64,000 nucleotides of DNA. It comes from Octopus sinensis. Taxonomy: Eukaryota. Positions 39,715-52,732 of the stretch are shown here, piece after piece. Made by a program: the position numbers and the translations under genes. Within the stretch, counting starts at the first letter, position 1. The number at the start of each line of letters is the position of its first letter. The notes beneath the pieces were generated by a model, which did not search any database, was not told the origin of the DNA, and worked only from the letters and a program-made list of their open reading frames with translations. The stretch is taken from the NCBI RefSeq assembly GCF_006345805.1, contig NC_042999.1:161200001-161264000 (forward strand). Direction: 5' to 3'.

Positions 39715-40365
39715 TAGTTAGTTAGTTAGTTAGTTAGTTAATTTGGCTCAAAAGCAAATAGCAAGGCCATGTAGGGGGACATGGAGTTAAGTACAGGGTG
39801 GTGTTCATGTAAAGAGTTCAGGCCCCTTGAGGTCCAGGGAGGCTTTGAACAAAGCGGTCGTCGGCATCTTTACCATCTCGTCTGGCAGCTCGTTCCACGG
39901 ATCCGCAACCCGGACGGAGAAAGCTCCTCTCCTTCGATTGAGATGAAATCGTCGCAGGTAGAGCTTTTCGGAATGACCCCGCAGCCGACGCTCTGGAGCA
40001 GGAGTGAAGAACAGCTCTTTCGAGAGGTTACACTTTCCGCTTATGATGTTGTGGGCGAGAATGAGATCACCACGGCGGCAGCGTTTTTCAAGAGAATAAA
40101 GGTCGAGCGTCCTCAGCCTTTCTTCGTAGGACACATTTTTGAGACCATGAACCATGCGGGTAGCCAGCTTCTGGACTCTTTCGAGATGCTGTATGTCTTT
40201 GAGGAGATAAGGAGAAGAGGCTTGAATCCCATACTCCAATATGGGTCTTACCAGCGTGACATAGAGTGGTAGATACATTGATGTGAGTGACAAGACTGGC
40301 GAGGTTAAACAGGTCTACACAAACTCAGGGCTGAACGTTGGTGGCAAAAACGAAGAGAATGCATT
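39715..40365 (-). mobile_element. CR1-clade LINE 3' end
   Basis: LYVTLVRPILEY..LERVQKLATRMV..YEERLRTLDLYSLEKR..RGDLI..FSVRVADPWNELP, then a short 3' UTR ending in an (AACT)n tail. Confidence 0.92.
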
Positions 40366-40388
40366 TTTTTGCTTTTGGTATGTTAGGA

Positions 40389-40747
40389 TACCAACCACAT
40401 GGTCCCGGGTTCAGTCCCACTGCGTGGCACCTTGGGCAAGTGTCTACTACTATAGCCTCGGGCCAACCAAAGCCTTGTGAGTGGATTTGGTAGACGGAAA
40501 CTGAAAGAATCCTGTCGTATATATGTGTATATATATGTATGTGTGTGTGTATATGTTTGTGTGTCTGTGTTTGTCCCCCAATATCGCTTAACAACCGATG
40601 CTGTTGTGTTTAAGTCGGCAAAAGAGAGCGATAGAATAAGTACTAGGCTTACAGAGAATAAGTCCTGGGGTCGATTTGATCGACTAAAAGCGGTGCTCCA
40701 GCGTGGCCACAGTCAAATGACTGAAACAAGTAAAAGAGTAAAAGAGT
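40389..40747 (+). mobile_element. SINE family A (5'-truncated)
   Basis: Body and tail present; a partial minus-strand copy lies at about 39240-39404. Confidence 0.85.
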
Positions 40748-42902
40748 ATAATGTCAGGTTGTGCATGGAGTAATGAAGTCACTTGAAATAATCGTTTTTG
40801 TTACTTCCTTCTTTCATGTCACTATTGCTAATTTGTTCTTATCTCTGTCTTTTCCTACTTTTATTCGATGTGAACATCCCATTGCTTTTCGTATTTCACC
40901 CCTTTTTTTTATTGTCCCCATCATTTAGTAACTAAAAATGTCAGTATCGTTATGCTGTTTATGCTTATGATGATGACAGTTCTGATGGTGATTTTTCAAC
41001 AGGTGTCACTGTTTCTGATGTGCCTAGCGTGGTTACTGCTGCGGCTGCTGCTGCTGCTGTTATTGTTGCTGATGTTGTGTTTGCTGTTGGACTTTTCATC
41101 ATTCGTCATCTTTTAGTATTCCTTCTGTTTTTCCTTTCCCCTTTTTCTATCTTTTGTATTTCTATCTACTTCCCTTTTCAATCTTCCTCTTTATCCCCTC
41201 CATTTACTGTTCTTCGTTTTTTTCCGTTTTCTTCTTCTTCTCTTCTTCTTCTTCTTCTTCTTCTTCTCTTCCTCCTCCTCCTCCTCCTTCTTCTTCTCCT
41301 TCTTCTTCTCCTCCTTCTTCTTCTCCTCCTCCTCCTACTCCTGTTCTTCTTCTTCACGACTACTGCTGCTGCCACTCAACGCTGTTCCTTTCTACATATC
41401 TCTCGTTTACCTGTCCTCCTCCTCTCCACTCTCCCTTTCCATTTCTCCTTGCTCTCACAACGCTAACGAACCGTTCTTACTTGGCCCCTGTTCAACACAA
41501 AACAGAAAACAATGTCACTTCCTTTATACGCTGGATTACGTCTCAATTGTCCACACCAATGGATGCTGGTATATCAAGTGAGTAGCACAACACAGTACTA
41601 GTATTGCCGAATGGCAACCAACGCACAGAGAAAATATAGAAAAGAAATCAGACCGACGCACAAACATAGATAGACAAGTCATAAGTAACACATTTTGTCA
41701 CTAAAAAGAAAGAACAATGGTGTACAAACAACACATTAGGTCCATCATGCACTATACTAGTCCTTCCTGAGTGTCATTTTCTCTGCAACAAACCACAAAA
41801 TAGTGCGCTATGCATCATAACATGCTTTGTACAGACACAGCCACTGAACACCTCTACAACAAAACAAAAATTCCGACATGCAAAGGATGCGTCTTTTCGT
41901 TGCAGCAAGCTTTAACTACCACAGTCCATATCAGCAAGAAGAACATCACCGCCAAATATCCACCTATATACAACATCTCAGAGCACTACTACATCTTAAG
42001 TACACTTTCGTAGCCCAGACAAGCATTACGAATACATATATACGGTAATAGCTGCAATGTCAATAACCTGACTAGCCCCAAATATTGTGCTGGTATGTAT
42101 AAAGTCAGCAATGAATGCAGAGGAGCAGCAACTATCGGGGTTCGATCGAGTCTATGTCACTCGCTTTTCCTATAGCCACCACCATTACCTACAGGTGTAG
42201 AAAAATAAAACAGGTAGAGAAGAGTGTGCAGTATGTTCAGACTGTAACGTTGCACCCCATAGAATTTACTACTGTTTATCAAATTGTGCAGTATGTCCCT
42301 CAGCTAAACAGAAGCATTGTATAACTATGAAGAAAGATCTGTGAATCACTCCTCGACATTCCCGTGATATCTGCATACCATAGGACAGCTCGATCAAGCT
42401 TGTCTTGCAGTTACACAATAACTAGTGTCCTCGAAATAATTAACAAAGAATGAAATATTTAGTAGTTTGTCGGGGCCATCATTTACTTTCAATACTATTG
42501 TGGTTGGTGTGGTTGTTTGTTGTATAGGTACAGGTCAATCCTAACCGAGATAATCTATATTTAAGATCATTCCAGCGGTGACCGTCCCGTCCTCTTCGAA
42601 AGGTGTTCAGGTAGATTATCCAATGACTCCATTCCTTTCCAAAGATGCCATGAGAGATATTTTGTCCGACTATTTCTAACAAGTCGACCATACCATACTA
42701 GGGCACCTACGTTGGCTTGGAAACCGTTTTGTTATCACTCTAATGGCCATATGGTTTTTGCTATAATTTGTTGGTAATATTGTGGTAGTTACTAATTCTC
42801 TTCTGTTAGAGATGGTCTAAGTATCAGCACGTTGGAAGGTCCTCACAAAGGCGCAGGACTGAAAGGCTTGCAGTTGGCCATTCAAATCTCTCTTCTCCAG
42901 TT

Positions 42903-43142
42903 TGGTAAGACAAATGATTTGTAAAGAGCCAGCTTTATATTCTTATTTGTATGTCGCTGGCACCAAACACATGACTCCAAGCTACCAAATGCTTTTGCTG
43001 CCCTTTGAACTATATATATATATATAAACGAAGGTACAAAAAGCACCAACTGCTAAAAAATAACGGTCAGAAAACGACTCTATAGCCACACAAAGCACCA
43101 ACCTCATGAGACTGATGAAAAGAGAGGGAGCGAGCAAAGACA
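42903..43142 (-). repeat. Inverted duplicate of 45587-45814 (element end plus RTE flank)
   Basis: Reverse complement matches the end of the 45.5-kb element and the first 110 bp of the adjacent RTE LINE, with a (TA)n expansion at the junction (about 43012-43026). Confidence 0.85.
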
Positions 43143-44209
43143 TCAGTCACTGATATCCTTGGGAAGGGCAGGGCTGAAAGCACCTGGCACCTGTGTCGTC
43201 GGTGGGGGGGATGGACACAAAAAGCCGGATCACATATTGCAAGCAACCTTACCTGACACTCTAACAATTCTATCAACCTACTGCACTGGATTGATAATTT
43301 ATTTATCAAATACCATTCCCACCAGCAGTATAACAAGCAAAAGGGACCAGGATTTGAAGTAAGAGCTGAGAGAGTTAGAATAAATACTGCGAGAGAGTCT
43401 ATAAAACCACTGAAATGCCTCCGCCAATTCAACTACTTCAATAAATAATGCTGCATGTCGGGCAAAATGCTTAGCGGCATTTCGCCTGCGTTTACGTTCT
43501 GAGTTCAAATTCCACCAAGGTCGAGTTCACCTTTCATCATTTCGGAGTTGATAAGATAATCTGCTGTTGTGCATTGGTGTCCGTGTAATCGATCATCCGG
43601 CTCTCCCGAAAAGCTTGGCCTTGTGCCTGTAGTAAAAAGGATTATTGTGTTAGCTGTTGTTGTTTCGCACCAGGTCAGTCCCAGTTGATCAAGTCTAATA
43701 TCAAAGCCATTAGAGTCTTGGCCATTATATGACAAGTTCGAAAAACGAACGAAACTCAAAAAATTCTTTTTCCAAAATTCTAGTGACCTCTTTTCTCAAT
43801 ATATGCATATATTAGCTTAAAAGTCGTCCTCTATTTCAGATATATTCATGTTCTGATGTCTACTATGTTTTTTGTATTGATATATATCCGTACTAAGGCG
43901 GCGAACTGGCAGAATCGATAGGACGCCGGGTAAAAGTCATAGCGGCATTTTGTGCCTCATTACGGTCTGTGTTCAAATTCTGCTAAAGTCGACTATGTCT
44001 TTCATCCTTTCCAGGACGATAAAATAAGTACCAGCTGAACGCTGGAGTTGATGTAATCAACTTAGCCTCTTCCCCGCTAATAAACGATTATATATATACT
44101 TACTCCGTATCGGGCTGCTTTTAAGTTAGCTCCTGTGGAGGGCTCTTCATTGGACCTTGGGCCCAACAATGATACTTCATGCATTGAGTACATGAAAAAT
44201 TTTATGAGT

Positions 44210-44592
44210 GGAGGCGCAATGGCCCAGTGGTTAGGGCAGCGGACTCACTGTCATAGGATCGCGGTTTCGATTCCCAGACCGGGCGTTGTGAGTGTTTATT
44301 GAGCGAAAACACCTAAAGCTCCACGAGGCTCCGGCAGGGGATGGTGGTGATCCCTGCTGTACTCTTTCACCACAACTTTCTCTCACTCTTACTTCCTGTT
44401 ACTGTTGTACCTGTATTTCAAAGGGCCGGCCTTGTCACTCTCCGTGTCACGCTGAATATCCCCGAGAAATACGTTAAGGGTACACGTGTCTGTGGAGTGC
44501 TCAGCCACTTACACGTTAATTTCACGAGCAGGCTGTTCCGTTGATTCGGATCAACCGGAACCCTCGTCGTCGTAACCGACGGAGTGCTTCAC
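44210..44592 (+). mobile_element. SINE family C (3' type 1)
   Basis: Near-identical to 29151-29535. Confidence 0.88.
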
Positions 44593-45139
44593 CCCCCCCC
44601 CCCCCACCTACATGATAAATTTTATTAAACTTGACCAATATTTTTCAAGCAATGAACAATTTTCATTAAAACAATGATATAATTTGTCGACTTGGAACTA
44701 ATTGCAAAGTTGCATGATAAACGTGTTTTGTCTTCCCATTCAGGGGTCAGTACAAGTTTTTGTCTAAACTCTTTCTTTCTCTCTCTCTCTTTCCGTTGAC
44801 TGTTTTCAGCCATCACCATCACCAGTACCACCACCATCGCCACCACAACTGCCATACACACACAATTCAAACTTCTGATGCCACCACCATCAATACCTTT
44901 GATTTCACTGCCTTCCCCTCTACCACCATCACCATTGTCTTTCACATCGCTTACTATCACCATCATCCCTGACTGACCACCACCACCATCATCACCGTCG
45001 CCTCCGCCTCTATCACAACTACAGTTCATACTATTGCTCTCACCCCATCACGAGAAATAGTGGAAGTGTCATTGAATAGTGAGAGAGGGGGTCAAAGTTT
45101 AACACACTGAGACACAGAAATTCGTTTTGGCATTTATTA

Positions 45140-45190
<51 letters not shown>

Positions 45191-45277
45191 ATATATTAAA
45201 AAATATAATATATTATATAATAATATATATTATAATATAGGTGGCATATTAGCAATTAAAACCTAATGGCAAATTAA

Positions 45278-45704
45278 TAAAAGCACCAATTACTAGAAAT
45301 AAGAGTCAGAAAAACGACTCGATAGTTACACAAAGCACTTCCCTCATGAAATGGACGAAAAACGAGGGAGCGAGGAAAAAGACCTTTCTATTTGTGAAAC
45401 AAACTCACGAAACGAAGTAAACGGATATATCCATACCACGTGATTTCGGACTCTGATGATGATCTTTTTGACCCGATGTATCGGGGAGACCCACTGAGGA
45501 GGACTACGATCATCATCAGAGTCCGAAATCACGTGGTATGGACATACCCGCTTACTTCATTTCGTGAGTTTGTTTCACAATAGAAAGGTGTCTTTGCTCG
45601 TTCCCTCGCTTTTCGTCAGTCTCATGAGGTTGGTGCTTTGTGTGGCTATCGAGTCGTTTTCTGACCCTTATTTTTTAGCAGTTGGTACTTTTTGTACCTT
45701 CGTT
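45278..45704. mobile_element. Non-autonomous fold-back element with HHR (PLE pseudo-LTR-like or retrozyme-like)
   Basis: Inverted arms 45278-45464 and 45508-45693 (about 190 bp, diverged) around a 43-nt spacer; right end GTACCTTCGTT abuts TA; left side follows an (ATT)n/TA-rich tract; no ORF. Confidence 0.7.
45482..45550 (+). ncRNA. Type I hammerhead ribozyme with complete consensus core
   Basis: Stem I CCA(45491-93)/TGG(45539-41) extended by CGGG(45482-85)/CCCG(45547-50) across an internal loop; core CTGAGGA 45494-45500; stem II GGACT(45501-05)/AGTCC(45520-24); GAAA 45525-28; self-complementary helix III TCACGTGG; cleavage triplet GTA, cut after 45538. Confidence 0.75.
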
Positions 45705-46420
45705 TAGTTCAAAGGGCAGCAAAAGCATTTGGTGGCTTGGAGTCATGTGTTTGGTGCCAGCGACATACAAATAAGAATATAAAGCTGGCTCTTTACAAAT
45801 CATTTGTCTTACCATCCCTGTGGTATTCCCCTGGAACTTGGACTTGTTATGAAAGGCATTTTAAATTGTTAGAACAATTCCACCAAAAATTCCTTCATCG
45901 CATTAAAAAAATTAAATGGAGTTCTTTTACTCCAAACATAGATGTCCTTGCATCTGCAAGCACCACCTCAATTAAAGCTATGATTTTGATGAACCAGTTA
46001 TTATGGTGTGGCCATATTGTTCGAATGGCAGAGAAACGCATGCCGAAACAGTTGTTTTAAGGTGAGCTTGCAGAGGGGAAACGCTATCGGCGTAAACTTT
46101 AAAATGGTTTAAGGACTGCATAAGGACTACTATGAAGTCACTGGGAATGGTTCCAGAAGATGTGAATGACAATGACCTTCTTGTGTGCACAGTCTGTAAC
46201 AGACCACGCCTGACTTTTGCTGGGCTCAAATCTCATTTGCGAACGCATGGAAAACAAACCTCTACCAACTATTCTGGCTATATGTCTGTGTATACCTTTG
46301 AATGCAGTGTATGCCAGAAAGTTTACAAATCCAACGGAGGCCTCAAGAGACATTTTAAGATCCACAAAGAACAGAACTTGGTGGTCCAAATCGGAAGTGC
46401 AATCTATGTAGGTGTCTTTT
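45705..46420 (+). mobile_element. RTE (BovB-like) LINE C-terminal fragment with terminal C2H2 fingers
   Basis: AAKAFGGL..IKLALYKSFVLPSL..LEQFHQKFL..QLLWCGHIVRMAEKRMPKQLF, then CTVCNR..GLKSHLRTH and CSVCQK..GLKRHFKIH; contains stops. Confidence 0.85.
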
Positions 46421-47339
46421 CAGAATATTGAATGGTTTAAAAATCCTCATCAGATGTCATGATGGTGCTAAGGTGTAGGTACAGAAGGTGGTTAAACTCT
46501 GCATAAGGACTAGACAATCACCGTGTATGTATGTATGTATGTATGTATGTATGTATGTATGTATGTATGTATGTATGTATGTATGTTTGTATGTATGTAC
46601 GTATGTATCATGCTGAGTAAAAAGTAGGCAAGGTTTTGAAACATGAAATTCATTACAATATATTTCAACAATGCGGAAATTTTATTCATCAAAGTAAGTA
46701 CCATTATAATCAACACATTTTTGCCAACGAGTTACAAGTTTGTTTATTCCGGTAACATAAAATTCTGGAGTTCTGGAGCTGATGAACTCTTTGAATGCAG
46801 TTAATTTAATATATGTACGTACCTACCTCTACATGTATATATACATTCATATATGAGTACAGGACACAAAAAAAAAAAAACGTCGAACACAATGAGAAAC
46901 GAAAACATAAACACAAAACCAAGGAAATGGACATTTTTCTTAAACAACGAAAAAATAGAGTACAGGAGATATAATACAAGGAAAATTCCCCTTCTTCAGT
47001 CGCCTTTGTTTCATCTACTCCTGGTTTCGAATGTCAAGGCGATACATGACTTTAATGAAACATTCCTTCCCGCGAAAAGCAAATTAAATAAAATCTCATC
47101 TATTAATGGCTGATGATTGCTCAACATTTTAAAACTGTTGTAATACTTAAAACTTTTTTTAAAATAATGTAGCGTGAAACGAAAATACCAAATTACCGAA
47201 GTTATTCTTGTAGCTTATTTTGATATATACATATATATATATATAGGCTTCGAGTGGCCCGTCTGTTTTCTTGTGTCGTCTCTTTTTGTGTTTTTGCGTT
47301 CTTGTCCCACTTTGTAATTTATAATTTATATTAATTTCT

Positions 47340-47407
<68 letters not shown>

Positions 47408-47509
47408 CATTAAAAGTTGAACATTGACAATCGAATATTAAAAATAACAATAACAAAACAACAAGAGAACATATATATGAAATGCATTAGCATGACGCTC
47501 ATGGGTTTT

Positions 47510-47537
47510 TAATGTTTCGAGCTTAGCTCTTTGTCAG
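47510..47537 (-). ncRNA. Degenerate minimal HHR motif
   Basis: CTGACAA-A-GAGC TAA GCTC-GAAA-CATTA; G8 changed to A and helix III decayed. Confidence 0.45.
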
Positions 47538-47643
47538 AGAGAGGTGACAAGAAAAGTTCAGAGAAGGAAAGGGACCACGTGTGTGGTTACACGGTTGATA
47601 GATAGATTGATTGATAGATAGGTAGATGGACAGACAGACAGAC

Positions 47644-47702
<59 letters not shown>

Positions 47703-47925
47703 CAGATAGATAGATACATACATACATACATACATACATACATACATGCATACATGCATACATACATACATACATACATACATACATACATACATACATA
47801 GATGGATAGACACACACATATATATATAACGGGAAGCTTTATGAAAATAAACAAAAGACGAAGGCAGGTAGAATACAAACAAACAAATGTATTAGTATGG
47901 CGCTCAGGAATAGAAATAAAACAAG

Positions 47926-47963
47926 TCTTTTGCGTTTCGAGCCTACGTTCTTCAACAGAAAGA
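47926..47963 (-). ncRNA. Degenerate minimal HHR motif
   Basis: TCTTT-CTGTTGA-A-GAAC GTAG GCTC-GAAA-CGCA-AAAGA; 5-bp stem I intact, A6 and the cleavage U are mutated. Confidence 0.5.
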
Positions 47964-49615
47964 TACACAGAAAAGAAACACGGAGAGAAACAAGGAGAGA
48001 GAAAAAATGCGTGCAGAAGCTAGCGAATCAACATACACATATCGCCAGTAAATCATAAAACGGTTACACACATGACTATGCACATTCATGTGAGTATGTC
48101 TATATGTGGATAGAGAGAGAACGAAAGAGAAACAGTCAGCATCAACAATGCAGATGAGACACAACTGTAAAGAGGTATAGAAGAGAAGTGAGTGAGAAAG
48201 AGATATTGCGAGTAAGCAATTTAGCCAAAAAAGTAATACTGAAGAGGTGGAAAAACGGAAGAAAAAACTTTATAATAGAAATGAGAAATTGGAGAGATAA
48301 CGTGATAAAATAGAATAGGTAGAGATTGAGTAAGAATGCGGTGAGTAGATAGAGGGAGAAATTGTGTGTGATACACAAGTATGTAGGAAGGAAGATGGTT
48401 GGAAATGAGGAGAAAATATAGAAGTATATTTCGATTAAGAACTAGAAAGACAGAAAACTATATAGATAGAGAGGAAGTATGTAAGTGAATGAGTGAGTGA
48501 ATGAGCGAGAGAGCGGGTAAAAATAATGAATGTGAGTGAGAAAGTGAGAGCGCATATACAACAGACATATATTTGCTAGCCAAAAAGACGACTTCCAATT
48601 GCAAAAAGATGACGCTTATCATAAGTTAATGGTTGATATGAATCAGGGAGAAGTGCGGCAAAATATTAGCAAAAAAGCCAAACGCAAACACCAAGAGAAA
48701 ACGGAATACAACTTAAGATAGGAAGGTTAAGAAGTACAGAAAGAAGGCAGAAATAAGCACCACCATTTTTGACGCGTGCTATGCAAGGGGTGTATAAAAA
48801 CAATATGAATATATAACACATTCACAAGCATTCAAGCCATCTTCACTGCCGACGCCACCAGCTTCATCAGTCGCTACTGTCTACTCAATTGTCGTGCAGG
48901 GGAGAAAGTTCAGAGGCCGTCACCTTTGTACAGCTTCGGATCAATAATACATTGGTGAATAGCACGGCATCTGTTATGCGACCGATGAGATCTTGGCGTG
49001 AGTGGAACCTGTTTTTTTTTTGTACTGTTATATTTTTATCTTCTTTTTTTTTTCTCTGGTTGCTCTCAATGAATATTCTTGATTGGCGCTATTGGTGTAG
49101 AGTTATAGAGGAGGGCGATGTCATCCTTGACCTGCATTTTAGCTCGTTAATGTTCATGCTTTTCTACCTTATACTTACTTCTTCATTGACTTCAGTACGA
49201 CTAAGCTACGGGATGGTACTGCAATGTGACGTGATATGGTATGCATATGGTTATCTGTGTATGTCTGTTGTGTGAATCATTGACATTAAGGAATATATCA
49301 TTACATTTATACTGTGTTTTTTAAAGTGAGAGGGAAAACGAAGATATAATACAGATATGTATATGCGTGTGTGTATAATTTATTATGTATGCTTGCAGAC
49401 AACACAAACAGACATGCACGCACGCACTCATACACACACATATGTGCATATATCTATATACATAAGAGAAAGAGAGAGGGGGGATAGCTGGAGAGTGAGA
49501 GATAGGTAGATAAAGTTTCGCAAGGACAAAATACAGAAACTTGAATAAAGAATTCAAGATCAATATATAAACATACACTATACAATATATATATATAAAT
49601 ATATTTATATATGCA

Positions 49616-49654
<39 letters not shown>

Positions 49655-50677
49655 TGTGTGTGTGTAAAGTAAGTATCAAGTCGATGATTGGGTGTTTTTC
49701 CATGGAACATACTTTTATTTGGTGCCTTCTACCAATATTAAGGTTATTCATGATGACAACGTATTTTAAAGTAAATATACTTAAATGTGAGCAGATATTT
49801 TAATGTGAAAGCAAAATGTAAGGGCAAAATTTATGGTGTAAAAAATTATTTGAACTCTATAATTGATATAGCCATTAATCATCTACCAAACCTGATGAAG
49901 CACGTACGATGCGAGTTCTAGTATTGTTCGTTCCTGTAATAATTGCTTATTTTGCAGGGATGGTTTGCTGGTACCATATCCAACCCACGTACTTAGTACC
50001 ATACTGTACGAGAAGAGTTGAACGTAAGTTTTATAAGGCTGTTACTGCTGGGGTCACGACGAACTAATATTTCCAACAAATCATACTTGATGCGTTAAGA
50101 GATATACTATATGTGGAACAGATGGAGTGATCATGGCTGAAACCCTTTTGTGAGTGTTTATTGAGTGAAAACACCTAAAAGCTCCACGAGGCTCCGGCAG
50201 GGGATGGTGGTGATCCCTGCTGTACTCTTTCACCACAACTTTCTCTCACTCTTACTTCCTGTTTCTGTTGTACCTGTACTTCAAAGGGGCCGGCCTTGTC
50301 ACTCTCTGTGTCACGCTGAATATGTGTCACTGCGTTAAGGGTACACGTGTCTGTGGAGTGCTTAGCCACACTTGCACGTAAATTCCACGAGCAGGCTGTT
50401 CCGTTGATCGTATCAGCTGGGACCCTCATCGTCGTAACCGACGGAGTGCTCCTATCACGTATCACAATACTGCACTCTTGAGAGGATAAAAACCGACGAC
50501 TTCTATCGCGATTTTTTAATCCGCCCTCAATAGTAACCCGGGTGTCTAACCATAATATGCATGGTATACGTTTCGTCGATCTCGGAATATGTAAAAGTGC
50601 AAAATAGACATTGGTCTACCCACATGGGATAGCTCAATCTAGAATTTCTGTTAGAATGCACCGATTTTTATTCAATA

Positions 50678-50848
50678 GGCGCAGGAGTGGCTGTGTGGTA
50701 AGTAGCTTGCTAACCAACCACATGGTTGCGGGTTCAGTCCCACTGCGTGGCATCTTGGGCAAGTGTCTTCTGCTATAGCCCCGGGCCGACCAATGCCTTG
50801 TGAGAGGATTTGGTAGACGGAAACTGAAAGAAACCTGTCGTATATATG

Positions 50849-50879
<31 letters not shown>

Positions 50880-51091
50880 GTTTGTGTGTCTGTGTTTGTC
50901 CCCCTAGCATTGCTTGACAACCGATGCTGGTGTGTTTACGTCCCCGTCACTTAGCGGTTCGGCAAAAGAAACCGATAGAATAAGTACTGGGCTTACAAAG
51001 AATAAGTCCCGGGGTCGATTTGCTCGACTAAAGGCGGTGCTCCAGCATGGCCGCAGTCAAATGACTGAAACAAGTAAAAGAGTAAAGAGAG
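50678..51091 (+). mobile_element. SINE family A
   Basis: Full-length copy. Confidence 0.9.
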
Positions 51092-51286
51092 TAAATATCA
51101 TGCTGCTATAAACATATTGCAGAGACGAAAGGATTCCATACAAACTGCGCTACCAAATTTATTTTACAAGTTCCAACGCTGCAAAATTGTTTTGGTCAAC
51201 GTTCTTGGTCAGCATTTCATACAAGACAATTGCCTACACAAACCTATATTGTGACAGAGCTAAGATTCACTCTCATACATATGCAG

Positions 51287-51329
<43 letters not shown>

Positions 51330-51399
51330 AGCAGGTAAAGAGATAAAGAGAATGAAAGAGATAGACAGATACATAAATAGCTAGTTAACTAACTGGACA

Positions 51400-51456
51400 G
51401 GCAGATAGACAGACAGGCAGACAGGCAGGCAGACAGACCGATAGATAGATAGTTAG

Positions 51457-51500
<44 letters not shown>

Positions 51501-51558
51501 GTAGATAGATAGGTAGATAGATAGAGAGAGAGAGAGTGAGATAGGAAAAAAGAAGGAA

Positions 51559-51607
<49 letters not shown>

Positions 51608-51620
51608 CAGATAGATAGAC

Positions 51621-51671
<51 letters not shown>

Positions 51672-51724
51672 CTGATAGATGGATAGATAGATAGATGGAT
51701 AGATAGATAGACAGATAGATAGAC

Positions 51725-51772
<48 letters not shown>

Positions 51773-51773
51773 G

Positions 51774-51825
<52 letters not shown>
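51400..51825. repeat. (GATA)n/(GACA)n tetranucleotide repeat
   Basis: Directly visible; the opposite-strand (TATC)n form lies at about 2090-2575, 7812-7940, 10655-11075 and 58905-59000. Confidence 0.95.
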
Positions 51826-52076
51826 TGCTCACCTTCGTAAGAAACATGTATAAACGGGAAGGTGACCTATTAAAGATGATTCAAACAAAATTATTTATGC
51901 ACTCCTCGCATGCTCAAATATTACTCATATCTTCGCTTTATATCCTATGTATACACGTCCATATACACACTCACACGTATACAGACGCAGTCTCTCAATC
52001 TTTCTCTCTCTCTCTCTCTCTCTCCCTCTCTCTTTTTCTCTCTCTCAGTCATGCGCACGCACACTTATCGTCACAG

Positions 52077-52109
<33 letters not shown>

Positions 52110-52672
52110 AATATGCATAAACATATGCATACACTCTATGCATGCGGACATTTGAAAAAATCATTTTAATATGTGCATATATGAACATCTGAAATTCGGA
52201 TACATATTTATATGTAGATAAGGAATTTGTGAGTTTGGATAAGTTCGTTTGCCGCTGGGAAAAGACGGATCTGACAGTTCACCCTTCGTCGCAGAGAAAA
52301 GCGATTTAGATGGACACGGACACACACGTGCGGATGTACTCATCCATACATACACACACACGGGCTTGCACATATCCACATACTCACTCATTTACACACA
52401 CACACACAACACACACACGCGCGCGCGCGCACGCATGCACGCTCACACATTTTTGATAACACTTTGACTCAGTTCCAGACTTAGTTTCATGGGCAAGTGA
52501 GACAGGTCCATCTCATCAGACATATACGCAGAATTTTCTGTTGTCTTACGAGCCAACTAAACTGCAAGTTATATGCAGCTGAGTCAAACTGATATTAAAA
52601 AATATACGTAATTCCTACCAAATGTATTGAGTGCAACTTTCTTTCATTGTCCACATACACACACACACACAC

Positions 52673-52726
<54 letters not shown>

Positions 52727-52732
52727 GGAGTA

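Noticed and set aside
46132-46431. Two C2H2-like fingers suggesting a second zinc-finger gene or another Gfi exon
   Set aside because: They follow directly on RTE reverse-transcriptase C-terminal motifs with stops, have no TGEKP linker or splice sites, and lie downstream of the Gfi stop codon.
48575-48990. Lys/Arg-rich protein-like stretch (QKDDAYHKLMVDMNQGEVRQ..)
   Set aside because: Interrupted by stops and not assignable; most likely a decayed retroelement linker.
49958-50024. AG..GTAAGT-bounded 66-nt segment with one open frame (MVCWYHIQPTYLVPYCTRRVE)
   Set aside because: No recognisable homology and no partner exons; such splice-like pairs are common by chance.
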